From the NCBI GenBank assembly GCA_963675755.2, contig CAXXMD010000003.1, positions 32,001 to 96,000 on the forward strand: 64,000 nt of DNA, in the 5' to 3' direction. The position numbers and the translations under genes were made by a program. Position 1 is the stretch's first letter. Every line of letters begins with the position of its first letter. Of this stretch, positions 1 through 8,727 are shown piece after piece. The notes below the pieces were generated by a model. The model saw nothing but the letters and a program-made list of their open reading frames with translations, ran no database searches and had not been told where the DNA came from. The DNA is from a bacterium. GTDB lineage: Bacteria > Zhuqueibacterota > Zhuqueibacteria > Residuimicrobiales > Krinioviventaceae.

Positions 1-556
1 AGCTTGAATTCTCTGGCAGGGATTTGATTACAGCACTCACGGTCAAATCATTTTTATGATAAACGGTTACCGGCTCACCAACCGGGTTCCGCTCTCCAAA
101 TATTTTTTGTGCAATTTCTTCAGTTAAAATAATAGAATTCATATCGCTCAGAGCAGTCTCTTTGTTACCATATACAAAATCCACATCAAAAATATCAAAG
201 AATGATGGTTCGGTATGCAGAATTTGATTGACCTTGGTTGAATGCAGATTATATGTCAGTGCTCCCCGAAAATTAATAAAATAGTTATATCGGCATACAT
301 TTTCAATTTCAGGGAAATCATAGGTCAGATAATCAATTGCATCTTCATTGATATCGCTCTCGCCATCATCTTTGATCATCCGATAAATACGGTCGACTTT
401 GCTGAAACTCTTGTCATACGACAATTCATTAAACACAAAAGCGGATAACAGCAGAACCACTGTCAGGCTCAGCGTAAATCCTGATATGGTAATGACCGAA
501 AATGTCTTGTTCCTGATCAAATTGCGATAAAACAACCGAAAAAAATGGATCATCAT
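1..556 (-). CDS. ABC transporter permease, MacB/FtsX family (5' part; runs off the window edge)
   Basis: Not in the ORF track. My translation from ATG at 556 (GGGAGA RBS) gives MMIHFFRLFYRNLIRNKTFSVITISGFTLSLTVVLLLSAFVFNELSYDKSFSKVDRIYR...EPSFFDIF...IILTEEIAQKIFGERNPVGE, a typical MacB-type N-terminus. It lies directly downstream of the ABC ATPase. Confidence 0.9.
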   Translation of the reverse strand, partial: MMIHFFRLFYRNLIRNKTFSVITISGFTLSLTVVLLLSAFVFNELSYDKSFSKVDRIYRMIKDDGESDINEDAIDYLTYDFPEIENVCRYNYFINFRGALTYNLHSTKVNQILHTEPSFFDIFDVDFVYGNKETALSDMNSIILTEEIAQKIFGERNPVGEPVTVYHKNDLTVSAVIKSLPENSS

Positions 557-626
557 TTCTCCCAAAATTAATCTATATACCAAATCAACACATCTATTCT
601 GTTATACATCATAATTAACTAACTAT

Positions 627-716
627 AGTTATCAGCCGTCAGTTTTCAGTTTTTAGAATACTAATTCCAATCCACAGATTTTCTTACTGATTACTGACTA
701 CTGATAACTGACAACT
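627..716. repeat. Inverted heptamer-array hairpin (AGTTWTC-type left arm, NNACTGA-type right arm)
   Basis: Left arm agttatc-agccgtc-agttttc-agttttt at 627-654; right arm ttactga-ttactga-ctactga-taactga-caact at 684-716. The arms are imperfect reverse complements. Confidence 0.75.
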
Positions 717-721
717 TTTCT

Positions 722-1411
722 TTACACATGAAACTGATTGCGCATATTCTCGGTTACGACTTTACCATCGAACAGATGCACAATCCGGTTGCTGAATTCC
801 GCGTACGTCGGCGAGTGGGTTACCATCACAATGGTAGTGCCTTTATCATTCAGCTCGGTAAGTATGCTCATTACTTCGTCACCATGACGTGAATCGAGAT
901 TACCGGTCGGTTCATCCGCGAGGATCACTTTGGGGTCTGCCACAACCGCGCGCGCAACCGCTACACGTTGCTGCTGACCACCGGACAATTGCTGCGGAAA
1001 GTGGTTTTTCCGGTGCATGATCTGCATATATTCCATGGCATGCTCTACCCGTTCTTTGCGTTCTTTGGCCGGGACTTTCATATACAACAGCGGCAGTTCA
1101 ATGTTCTCAAACACTGTCAATTCATCGATCAGGTTAAAAGATTGAAAGATGAATCCAATGTTGCCTTTGCGCAGGTTGGCGCGTTGACGTTCATTGTATT
1201 TGGCAACATTCTCACCATTGAAAAAATAATCACCACCGTCTATAGTATCAATCAAGCCAATTACATTTAGCAGCGTCGACTTGCCACACCCTGATGGCCC
1301 CATAATGGCCACAAACTCGCCCTCATTGGCCTGGAAATTAATATTGTTCAGCGCTGCCGTCTCAATCTCATCCGTACGATAGACTTTGTTAAGATTTGTT
1401 GTTTTGATCAT
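722..1411 (-). CDS. ABC transporter ATP-binding protein (MacB/LolD-like)
   Basis: Walker A GPSGCGKST, signature LSGGQQQRV, Walker B ILADEPTGNLD, H-loop VTH. Confidence 0.95.
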   Translation of the reverse strand: MIKTTNLNKVYRTDEIETAALNNINFQANEGEFVAIMGPSGCGKSTLLNVIGLIDTIDGGDYFFNGENVAKYNERQRANLRKGNIGFIFQSFNLIDELTVFENIELPLLYMKVPAKERKERVEHAMEYMQIMHRKNHFPQQLSGGQQQRVAVARAVVADPKVILADEPTGNLDSRHGDEVMSILTELNDKGTTIVMVTHSPTYAEFSNRIVHLFDGKVVTENMRNQFHV

Positions 1412-1481
1412 TTTTGATTCCTTTATCTATGCTAGCAAAAATTGATTTTTTATTTTTATTCTTGTTAATACAATCTATCTA

Positions 1482-1518
1482 AAAGCTTTCAGCTGTTAGC
1501 TATCAGCTCTCAGCCTTT
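1482..1518. repeat. Heptamer array (AGCTNNN), left arm of an inverted repeat around the four-helix-bundle gene
   Basis: agctttc-agctgtt-agctatc-agctctc-agccttt; contains the gene's stop codon. Confidence 0.75.
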
Positions 1519-1862
1519 AGTCGTGTAATTAATGCTGCAAGCATACGCTTTACATCATTTAATGAGTCAGATGTCTTTTTGTAATTCAATTCATCTATAT
1601 ATTCCAAATCCTTTGATAACAACAACTGATAATCTAACTCACTAGCGGAGCCCGAAGCTATGAATAAAAACCTGCTGAATTCTGCATCACTGCTTCGACA
1701 ACAACCTTCCGCTATATTCGAAGGTATTGATACTGCACTTCGTCTCATTTGACTTGAAAGTCCAAATAATTCCTCTTTTGGAAATGCTTTTGTCAACTTA
1801 TATACTTCCATCACAACTTTATGGCTTTTCTTCCACACCTTTAAATTCCTAAAATCCTGCAT
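1503..1862 (-). CDS. Four helix bundle protein (23S rRNA intervening sequence protein / TIGR02436 family)
   Basis: F.NLKVWKKSH...FPKEELFGLSSQMRRSAVSIPSNIAEG...FL.IA.GSASEL.YQL is the family pattern; GGAGG RBS upstream. Confidence 0.93.
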   Translation of the reverse strand: MQDFRNLKVWKKSHKVVMEVYKLTKAFPKEELFGLSSQMRRSAVSIPSNIAEGCCRSSDAEFSRFLFIASGSASELDYQLLLSKDLEYIDELNYKKTSDSLNDVKRMLAALITRLKAES

Positions 1863-1882
1863 TCAACTCCCCTCCTGTTTTT

Positions 1883-1914
1883 CTGATAGCTTATAGCTGA
1901 TAGCTTACAGCTTT
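1883..1914. repeat. Heptamer array (NNNAGCT), right arm of the inverted repeat around the four-helix-bundle gene
   Basis: gatagct-tatagct-gatagct-tacagct; its reverse complement aligns in register with 1482-1513. Confidence 0.75.
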
Positions 1915-1920
1915 AATTCC

Positions 1921-1976
1921 CGTCTATCGTTTCATATCTTCTGTCTGCCGTTTCACATCTCCCATCTGCCGTCTTA
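1921..1976. repeat. Degenerate period-7 pyrimidine-rich array
   Basis: cgtctat-cgtttca-tatcttc-tgtctgc-cgtttca-catctcc-catctgc-cgtctta. Confidence 0.55.
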
Positions 1977-3224
1977 CTTTAACACAAGCACATCAATATC
2001 CCCAAACGTCTCATATGACGAAGTGATGACATTTTCACCCGGCTCAAGCCCTTCAAGCACTTCATAGTCGCGGGTGTTTTGGCGGCCAATCCGGATGTCA
2101 CGCTTACGTGCGGTGCTGCCGTCATCATCAACCACATATACCCACTGCCCGCCGGTAGAACTGTAAAATCCGCCAGTAGCCAGCAAAAGAGCTTCCGAAA
2201 GATCACCCAGCGCCAATCGGATATGTACCGTCTGACCACGACGTATACCTTCCGGTTCAGCTCCAACAAATTCCATATCCACTTCAAATCGGCCTTCAAG
2301 CACTTCGGGATAGATTTTTTTGATTACCAGCTTGTGGTCCTTGCCCGCAAAAGTAAACTCGCCGGTCTGACCGGGAGAAATACGTGCAATATAATGCTCA
2401 TCCACCTGCACACGGATCTTGAATCCGTCCAGAACATCGATCTGGCCCAGTCGCTCACCGCGTGTCTTGGATTCTCCAATCTCGGCATTCAGGGATGTCA
2501 AATTTCCGGTGATGGGTGCGCGCAATGTCAGGTTTTCCATATTCTGCTTAACCAGATCAAGATTATCTTCCATACGTTTCAAAGACGCTTCAAGTTGCAG
2601 TACCTGCGCCTCACGATACAACGAATCCTGCTTGTGCGACGCCAAAGTCAACTCACGCTTTTTGGCAAGATATTCGTAATTGTCCCGCGCTTCTTCATAC
2701 TCTTTATCAGAGATCAATTTTTTATCCAACAATTCCTGTGCGCGATCATAGGTCCGTCTTTGCATTCTCAGACTATAATCCAGTTCCAGCAGTTGGGCTT
2801 GCAGACTGAGACGTTTTTCTTCCATGCTCAAACGGGTATTACGCAGATTATTGCTCTGAGCAAAAAGCTCCGCTTCACGATACATAATATCCATGATCAA
2901 ATCGGTATTGGTAAGCTGTAAAATGCTATCACCTTTTTGCACAAAGGTACCCGCTTCCAAAAATTTCGTCTCCACACGGCCGCCTTCAATGGCATCCAGA
3001 TAAATCGTAGTAATGGGAATCACTGTGCCCGTCACCGGAATAAATTCCTGAAACTTGTCCTGCTTTACGGTGGATATGGTAATACGCTCGGCCTGAACAT
3101 TCAGTCTTGAACTGTGATCGCTGAACAACAACTGGTACAAAACAAATATAATAAATACTCCGCCTGCTGCAGTCATTGCAATTTTCTTTGGCGGCCACTT
3201 TTTCTTTTGAATAACTCGATCCAT
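1974..3224 (-). CDS. Efflux transporter periplasmic adaptor (HlyD/MacA-like membrane fusion protein)
   Basis: N-terminal TM anchor, lipoyl-like half motifs (GGRVE...G.FVQKGD; LRAPITG), long coiled coil, C-terminal EVLEGLEPGENVI; first gene of the ABC operon. Confidence 0.92.
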   Translation of the reverse strand: MDRVIQKKKWPPKKIAMTAAGGVFIIFVLYQLLFSDHSSRLNVQAERITISTVKQDKFQEFIPVTGTVIPITTIYLDAIEGGRVETKFLEAGTFVQKGDSILQLTNTDLIMDIMYREAELFAQSNNLRNTRLSMEEKRLSLQAQLLELDYSLRMQRRTYDRAQELLDKKLISDKEYEEARDNYEYLAKKRELTLASHKQDSLYREAQVLQLEASLKRMEDNLDLVKQNMENLTLRAPITGNLTSLNAEIGESKTRGERLGQIDVLDGFKIRVQVDEHYIARISPGQTGEFTFAGKDHKLVIKKIYPEVLEGRFEVDMEFVGAEPEGIRRGQTVHIRLALGDLSEALLLATGGFYSSTGGQWVYVVDDDGSTARKRDIRIGRQNTRDYEVLEGLEPGENVITSSYETFGDIDVLVLK

Positions 3225-3262
3225 TTTCTTTCCCGATATTGGTATTATTTTTGAACGTATAA

Positions 3263-3279
3263 AGCATAAAGCGTGCCAA
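3263..3279 (-). promoter_or_regulatory. Sigma54 (-24/-12) promoter of the efflux operon
   Basis: Minus strand reads TTGGCACGCTTTATGCT with exact GG-N10-GC spacing, about 40 nt upstream of the ATG at 3224 and next to a sigma54 activator gene. Confidence 0.85.
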
Positions 3280-3332
3280 TACTGTTTTTATTGAACTTAT
3301 GCACATTTTCAAACGCTCAAATTAGCCGCTTT

Positions 3333-3369
3333 TATCCGATATCAGACAAACAGTGTCCGATATCGGACA
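3333..3369. promoter_or_regulatory. Tandem palindromic enhancer (UAS) for the adjacent NtrC-type activator
   Basis: Perfect 16-bp palindrome TGTCCGATATCGGACA at 3354-3369 and a 2-mismatch copy TATCCGATATCAGACA at 3333-3348, offset by 21 bp. Confidence 0.75.
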
Positions 3370-3465
3370 TTAAATCATTTGCAAAGAACAGGATTATTCT
3401 TATATTATCCCGTAACCCTTTGCAAATTACCAAACAAACCTAAAAACAATATACAAGGATTTGCA

Positions 3466-4836
3466 ATGGACCCTCTGGGTAAAATACTGGTTGTGGATGA
3501 CAATAAAGACATCCTTACCGCGGCAAAACTGCTGCTCAAACAAAACAGCGCGCTCGTTCATATCGAAGACGATCCCGAGCGCATTCCCCAACTGCTCAAA
3601 AACGAACACTATGATATTATTCTGCTGGATATGAACTTTACCCGCGATATGACCAGCGGCTCGGAAGGATTCTTTTGGCTGGAAGAGATCCACAAAATCG
3701 ATCCCTCGGTAATCGTTATTCTCATGACCGCCTATGGAGATGTGGACCTTGCCGTGCGCGCCATGAAAGCCGGCGCAACGGATTTTATAATGAAACCCTG
3801 GCAGAACGAAAAACTGCAGGCAACCCTTTCGGTTGCCATGAACCTGAGAAATTCGCGTCTGGAAATCGATAAACTCCGCTCCCGCCAGCAGCAAATGAGC
3901 GACGACATGGACCAGCGTTTTCACGAGATGATCGGCTCGTGTCCCCCCATGCAGCGCGTATTCGATGCCATAACCAAAGTAGCCGCAACAGATGCCAATG
4001 TGCTCATTATGGGCGAAAACGGCACCGGTAAGGAACTGGTTGCCCGTGCCCTGCACCGGCAATCCCTGCGCAATGACGATGTCTTTATCAGCGTTGATAT
4101 GGGCGCCATTCCCGAAACCCTGTTCGAGAGCCAGTTGTTCGGCCATGTCAAAGGTGCGTTTACCGATGCCAGACAGGATAAACCCGGACGTTTTGAGATT
4201 GCCTCGGGCGGCACCCTGTTCCTGGACGAGATCGGCAACCTGCCCCTCTCCATGCAGGCTAAACTACTGCGTGTGCTCGAAGAGCGCAAGATCTTGCGCG
4301 TGGGCTCTAACAAGTCCCGCGATATTGATATTCGCCTCATCTGCGCTACCAACATGCCGCTTTACGAAATGACCGAGGATAAGAGTTTCCGGCAGGACTT
4401 TCTCTACCGCATCAACACCGTAGAGATCCATTTGCCGCCCCTGCGTGACCGCCAGGAAGACATTCCCCAGCTGGTGGACCATTTTCTGCAATACTATGCG
4501 AAAAAATATAAAAAATCCATAAAACGTATCAGCACCGGCGCCATGACCAAACTGCAAACCTATCACTGGCCAGGTAATATCCGGGAACTGCGCCATGCGC
4601 TTGAACGAGCTGTTATCATGAGCGACAGCCCCGCGCTGCAGCCCGGCGATTTCATGATGCAGGAAGCAAAATCCGGTGACGGATTCAGTCTTGACACCTA
4701 TAATCTGGACGATATCGAAAAATCTGTTATCCGCAAAGCACTTGATCTCAGTGGCGACAATATCAGCCAGGCCGCTTCCAAACTGGGTATTACCCGCTCC
4801 TCACTCTACCGCAGGATGGAAAAGCATGGTCTATAG
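3466..4836 (+). CDS. Sigma54-dependent response regulator (NtrC/AtoC family)
   Basis: Receiver (ILVVDD, LLDMNF, MTAYG, KPW), AAA+ GENGTGKE, GAFTDA loop, LFLDEIG, WPGNIREL, Fis-type HTH; start placed at ATG 3466 after AAGGA. Confidence 0.95.
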   Translation: MDPLGKILVVDDNKDILTAAKLLLKQNSALVHIEDDPERIPQLLKNEHYDIILLDMNFTRDMTSGSEGFFWLEEIHKIDPSVIVILMTAYGDVDLAVRAMKAGATDFIMKPWQNEKLQATLSVAMNLRNSRLEIDKLRSRQQQMSDDMDQRFHEMIGSCPPMQRVFDAITKVAATDANVLIMGENGTGKELVARALHRQSLRNDDVFISVDMGAIPETLFESQLFGHVKGAFTDARQDKPGRFEIASGGTLFLDEIGNLPLSMQAKLLRVLEERKILRVGSNKSRDIDIRLICATNMPLYEMTEDKSFRQDFLYRINTVEIHLPPLRDRQEDIPQLVDHFLQYYAKKYKKSIKRISTGAMTKLQTYHWPGNIRELRHALERAVIMSDSPALQPGDFMMQEAKSGDGFSLDTYNLDDIEKSVIRKALDLSGDNISQAASKLGITRSSLYRRMEKHGL

Positions 4837-6172
4837 GCGTTTTCGCATACTGGTGGTTTTACGCGTGATATTTCTCACCCTTACCCTGCTTGCGCTGGTG
4901 TGGACGTGGCAAAATACCAGCATTTTGGGAATCCCCATCATCCTTTTGCTGCTTGCTGTCTGGCAGGTTATCAGCCTGGTCCGGTTTGTAGATTATACCA
5001 ACACCGAGCTAGCCCGGTTCTTTGAGGCCCTGCGCTATTCAGATTTTACCCGCAATATGGCACCCCGCTTAAAAGGCGCGGGATTCCGGGAGCTCAACAC
5101 CGCGCTGAACGGAGTGGTTGAACAGATTAAACAAAACCGCGAGGAAAAAGAAGAGCAGTACCGCTATTTGCAGACCATTGTACAACACATTGGTATTGGC
5201 CTGATCGTGTTTGACGATACCGGCAAAGTAGACCTGGTTAACAATGCCGCCCGGCGCATCCTCAACATGTCCAACATTCGCAGTATTGAAAAACTGAAAT
5301 CCTTTGACACAGGACTCGCGGACCGCATCACCTCCCTCTCGCATGGAGAGCGCGCCATATTGAAGATCCGGGTCAATGACGAGCTCCAGCAGATGATGAT
5401 TTTCGTAACCGATTTTGTCATGCGTCATCGCAATTTTCGACTCATCTCGTTCCAGAACATTCAAAGCGAACTTGAAGAAAAAGAACTGGAAGCCTGGCAG
5501 AGCCTGATTCGGGTGCTCACGCACGAGATCATGAATTCCATCACCCCCATCTCGTCCCTGGCCTCTACCGCCAACTCGCTGCTCAATAACCGCGCGGAAA
5601 AAGAGCCGGCAGAAACCGATGAAACACTCACGGATGTGGGCCATGCCGTACAGACCATAGAGAATCGCAGCAAGGGATTGTTAAACTTTGTGGAAAATTA
5701 TCGCAAACTCACAAAGATCCCCAAACCCAACTATAAAATTCTGCCCGTCAGCAGCCTGTTCAACACCGCGCAATTGCTGTTCAAAGCCGAGATGGAATCC
5801 CGCAAAATCTCCTGTGAGGTAAACATTGACCCCAATCAATTGGAAATCACCGCCGATCCCGATCTGATCGAGCAGGTGCTCATCAATCTGGTCAAAAACG
5901 CCATTGAGGCAGTCAACAGCAGTCCCAATGGCCAACTGCGTTTCTCTGCCTATCTGGACCGCTACGGCAAGCCCTGCCTCGAGATCGCGGATAACGGCCC
6001 CGGCATCAACAAAGACGTCATTGACAATATATTCATCCCCTTTTTCACCACCAAAGCCAGCGGCTCAGGTATAGGACTCAGCCTCTCCCGCCAGATTATG
6101 CGCGTGCACGGAGGCAGCATCACCGCCCGCTCCACCAACAGCGAGACCGTGTTTACGCTGCGGTTTAAATAG
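4826..6172 (+). CDS. Sensor histidine kinase (2 TM, PAS-like region, HATPase)
   Basis: H-box LTHEIMNS, N-box QVLINLVKNAIEA, DNGPGI, FIPFFTTK, GSGIGLSLS; likely start MVYRRF at 4826 overlaps the regulator's end. Confidence 0.93.
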   Translation: MVYRRFRILVVLRVIFLTLTLLALVWTWQNTSILGIPIILLLLAVWQVISLVRFVDYTNTELARFFEALRYSDFTRNMAPRLKGAGFRELNTALNGVVEQIKQNREEKEEQYRYLQTIVQHIGIGLIVFDDTGKVDLVNNAARRILNMSNIRSIEKLKSFDTGLADRITSLSHGERAILKIRVNDELQQMMIFVTDFVMRHRNFRLISFQNIQSELEEKELEAWQSLIRVLTHEIMNSITPISSLASTANSLLNNRAEKEPAETDETLTDVGHAVQTIENRSKGLLNFVENYRKLTKIPKPNYKILPVSSLFNTAQLLFKAEMESRKISCEVNIDPNQLEITADPDLIEQVLINLVKNAIEAVNSSPNGQLRFSAYLDRYGKPCLEIADNGPGINKDVIDNIFIPFFTTKASGSGIGLSLSRQIMRVHGGSITARSTNSETVFTLRFK

Positions 6173-6281
6173 TTTTTTCTTGCTTGTTATCGCTAAAATT
6201 CATTTATTTGATTATACCTTTTTACAATTCGATATGGGGAGTTGCCTGGGTGGAAAGATTGTCTGAATTAGGATTTCTTGG

Positions 6282-7163
6282 ATGAATAAAGCACCAAAAT
6301 ATAGAAGTAAAGAACGAGATATTCCAATTAACATCCATTTTTATGATAAAACATCACAAAAAAACAAACAAGAAGATATTTATGATTTAAATCTAAATTA
6401 TAGTTCTAATGGACCAGCTTTTAATGAAATAATATTTCATTCTATCAACTTTAACGAAAAAAAAATTAAAGAAAACTTTGGTGATTTAAATTTACAGATT
6501 AATAATTCTTTTAATTACTTGTATGAATATGCATCTCTATATTTAAGTTTAATTTATGCTCCAATTTTGGTAGAAAGGAATCCAGCGACTAAAATAATAT
6601 TCCCGTGTTTTCACAAATCACTAATTGGATTATATTCTGCATTTTTTCTTACATGCAAAGGTTTTTGGGGGGCTGCGAGACCATTAATAAGATTAACATT
6701 TGAATCAATAATAATCGCAAAATTTTGTTCTGTTAATTATGAATCCGATGTATTTGATAAATGGATAGATGGAATGCCACTTTTTTTTAGCAACTCCATA
6801 TTGAAAAAAATTGAAAAACCTAAAACGGAAGAATTTAAAAAATTTTGGACAATCCTTAATGGATTTACTCATTCTTCAATATATTCATCTCAACCAGATA
6901 TAAAGGTTAGCCCAGATTTAAAGAATATACAGTTAAATTTAGTTTTTATTGAAATGATGTTAGTATGTAAATATCATTTATTAAATTCTCATTTGGTAAC
7001 TACAAATTTAAAATATTATCAAACTGTTTTTGACAATAAATATCGAGCACGTGAATTGCGCACCTTAATTAATGCAAACAACTTAAAAATGAAAAAAAAT
7101 CTAGGAAAAGATGGCAAGGCGCTAATTCGAGATTACAAAAGTACATGGATTACAAAAGAATAA
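6282..7163 (+). CDS. Hypothetical protein, possibly DUF5677/HEPN-like
   Basis: 293-aa AT-rich ORF with motifs G.WGAARPLIRLTFE and FW.ILNGFTH; family assignment is tentative. Confidence 0.6.
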   Translation: MNKAPKYRSKERDIPINIHFYDKTSQKNKQEDIYDLNLNYSSNGPAFNEIIFHSINFNEKKIKENFGDLNLQINNSFNYLYEYASLYLSLIYAPILVERNPATKIIFPCFHKSLIGLYSAFFLTCKGFWGAARPLIRLTFESIIIAKFCSVNYESDVFDKWIDGMPLFFSNSILKKIEKPKTEEFKKFWTILNGFTHSSIYSSQPDIKVSPDLKNIQLNLVFIEMMLVCKYHLLNSHLVTTNLKYYQTVFDNKYRARELRTLINANNLKMKKNLGKDGKALIRDYKSTWITKE

Positions 7164-7169
7164 CAGTCA

Positions 7170-7200
7170 GTAGCCCAGGCTTCATGCCCGGGGCTTTTTT
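7170..7200 (+). repeat. REP-like GTAG palindrome that may also act as a terminator
   Basis: GTAGCCCAGGCTTCATGCCCGGGGC followed by a T-run, 6 nt after the stop; related copies at 8167 and 18126. Confidence 0.65.
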
Positions 7201-7376
7201 TCTGAATCAGGAATCAACTATAACCTTCGTGTTCTTCGTGAGCTTTGTGGTTAATTTATTACTACCACGAAGAACTCGAAGGTCACGAAGCTAAAAGATG
7301 CCAGTCCAATGCCCGCGCTTCACAAACGGGCTTTTTGTCTGAATTAGGATTCTAAGATGTATAAGATGATAGGATT
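7201..7376 (+). repeat. About 175-bp composite repeat, copy 1
   Basis: Nearly colinear with 10725-10898: tctgaatcag...cttcgtgttcttcgtg...ccacgaag...ggtcacgaagctaaaagatg...gtccaatgcccgcgcttcacaaacgg...ttgtctgaattaggatt...aagatgataggatt. Confidence 0.9.
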
Positions 7377-7482
7377 CAGAAAAGTGAGCATACTTATATT
7401 CTTGTAAATCCTTTAATATCGTACTTTATTACAAATTGTTACCAGATAGAAATACTAACCAAACAACCCCCAAAAGGTAAAT

Positions 7483-8154
7483 ATGAAAACAAGAACGATT
7501 GTGTTGTTCCTTTTAATATTACAATGCAACCTGGTTGTTGCTCAAAAAGTAGACAAAGACAGTTTATCTATTGAAATAAAACAGATAAAAATTGTTAAAT
7601 CTCCATGGGGATTACAGTTCGGATTCGGTATATCAAAATTTATTTACCAGGCTGGTACAGAAAACTGGATTGGAAACCATACGAGTCCCGATATAAAATT
7701 TATTTTATATCATAATAATCTAAGTTTTGGCCTGAATTTTAAACCATGGACAGTAAATCCAAAAAATAATTTATTTGTAGGAGGCGATACATTATCTTCT
7801 TTTGCAGATTTAAATCCAATTAAACTAGAGTTAAATATAGGTTATAATTATAATGTCACAAATACAACCAGCATAGAGTCCTATATAGGATACCTGAATT
7901 CGTCATTCCATGTTATCAATCAAGATGTTTTACAAAAGAAATACAATATATCATCACAACATGGTATAACATTAGGTGCCAATATAAATAAATATATAGA
8001 ATTCTTGCCCTATCAATATATTGTATTCTATCTAAACACGAATTACAATTTTTCGGATTATACTAAAATCCATCCAAGTTTGGGTAGTTCCTTTTATGCA
8101 ATCGAGTTAGGGGTAGCATTTAAAGGATGGTTCAAAAAAACCAGTTTCAATTGA
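7483..8154 (+). CDS. Secreted protein, probable outer-membrane beta-barrel
   Basis: Signal peptide (...NLVVAQ) and alternating aromatic/Gly beta-strand pattern. Confidence 0.6.
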   Translation: MKTRTIVLFLLILQCNLVVAQKVDKDSLSIEIKQIKIVKSPWGLQFGFGISKFIYQAGTENWIGNHTSPDIKFILYHNNLSFGLNFKPWTVNPKNNLFVGGDTLSSFADLNPIKLELNIGYNYNVTNTTSIESYIGYLNSSFHVINQDVLQKKYNISSQHGITLGANINKYIEFLPYQYIVFYLNTNYNFSDYTKIHPSLGSSFYAIELGVAFKGWFKKTSFN

Positions 8155-8166
8155 CAACCCTAGTCT

Positions 8167-8259
8167 GTAGCCCGGTCATCTTGCACGGAGCTTTGCCTTC
8201 GTGTTCTTCGTGAACTTTGTGGTTCAATTTTAACCACAAAGCACACAAAGTTCACGAAG
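8167..8259. repeat. GTAG REP-like palindrome followed by a 9-mer hairpin (CTTCGTG...CACGAAG)
   Basis: GTAGCCCGGTCATCTTGCACGGAGCT, then cttcgtgttcttcgtgaactttgtggtt-caatttt-aaccacaaagcacacaaagttcacgaag; same hairpin as in the 7201 and 10725 repeats. Confidence 0.85.
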
Positions 8260-8337
8260 ATTGATTCTACTTGCCGTATCAACAACATAATCCTTACTTT
8301 TCAGAGTGAACGAATCCCCTCACCAAAACAAATCCAC

Positions 8338-8403
8338 AATGACGGGCCAATGGCCCATCTTACGCTGTAATATTCAAACGATCCAGTTGTCTGATTTAGG
8401 ATT
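8338..8403 (+). repeat. Partial copy of the REPIN-like element plus TTGTCTGA module
   Basis: aatgacgggccaatggcccatcttacg...cagttgtct matches 10673-10727. Confidence 0.75.
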
Positions 8404-8727
8404 TTTAGGAAATATATGATTATATGATACAGGCAAGTAGCGCTTCACAATGACTTTCATACCGAAACTCAAAGGATCCAATTCAAGCCCTCTCATTTTT
8501 AATAGAATTGAATATTATAAAGCATAAAATTGTTAAATAAAAAAATGGGATTAAAGGGTGATTGATATTTTTCAAGTTTGACATTTTATATAGCTTTATG
8601 ATTTTCCTCCGATAGCATTACTTACTCTACACAACACATCCACCAAAGTCTACTCTCTATAAATCTTCATAAACAAATATCAAAATATTGGGAAAAGAAT
8701 TATCAAAAGTTACAAAAGGAGTAATCC

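Noticed and set aside
242-448. 68-aa plus-strand ORF
   Set aside because: It is antisense to the ABC permease gene at 1-556.
1503-1862. 23S rRNA gene with an intervening sequence
   Set aside because: The flanks are protein-coding efflux genes and no rRNA sequence is visible.
2079-5935. Long antisense or alternative-frame ORFs (e.g. 2079-2921, 3427-4146, 5069-5644)
   Set aside because: They are shadows of well-supported genes in GC-richer DNA and have no recognisable motifs. The same applies to the other short overlapping ORFs in the track.
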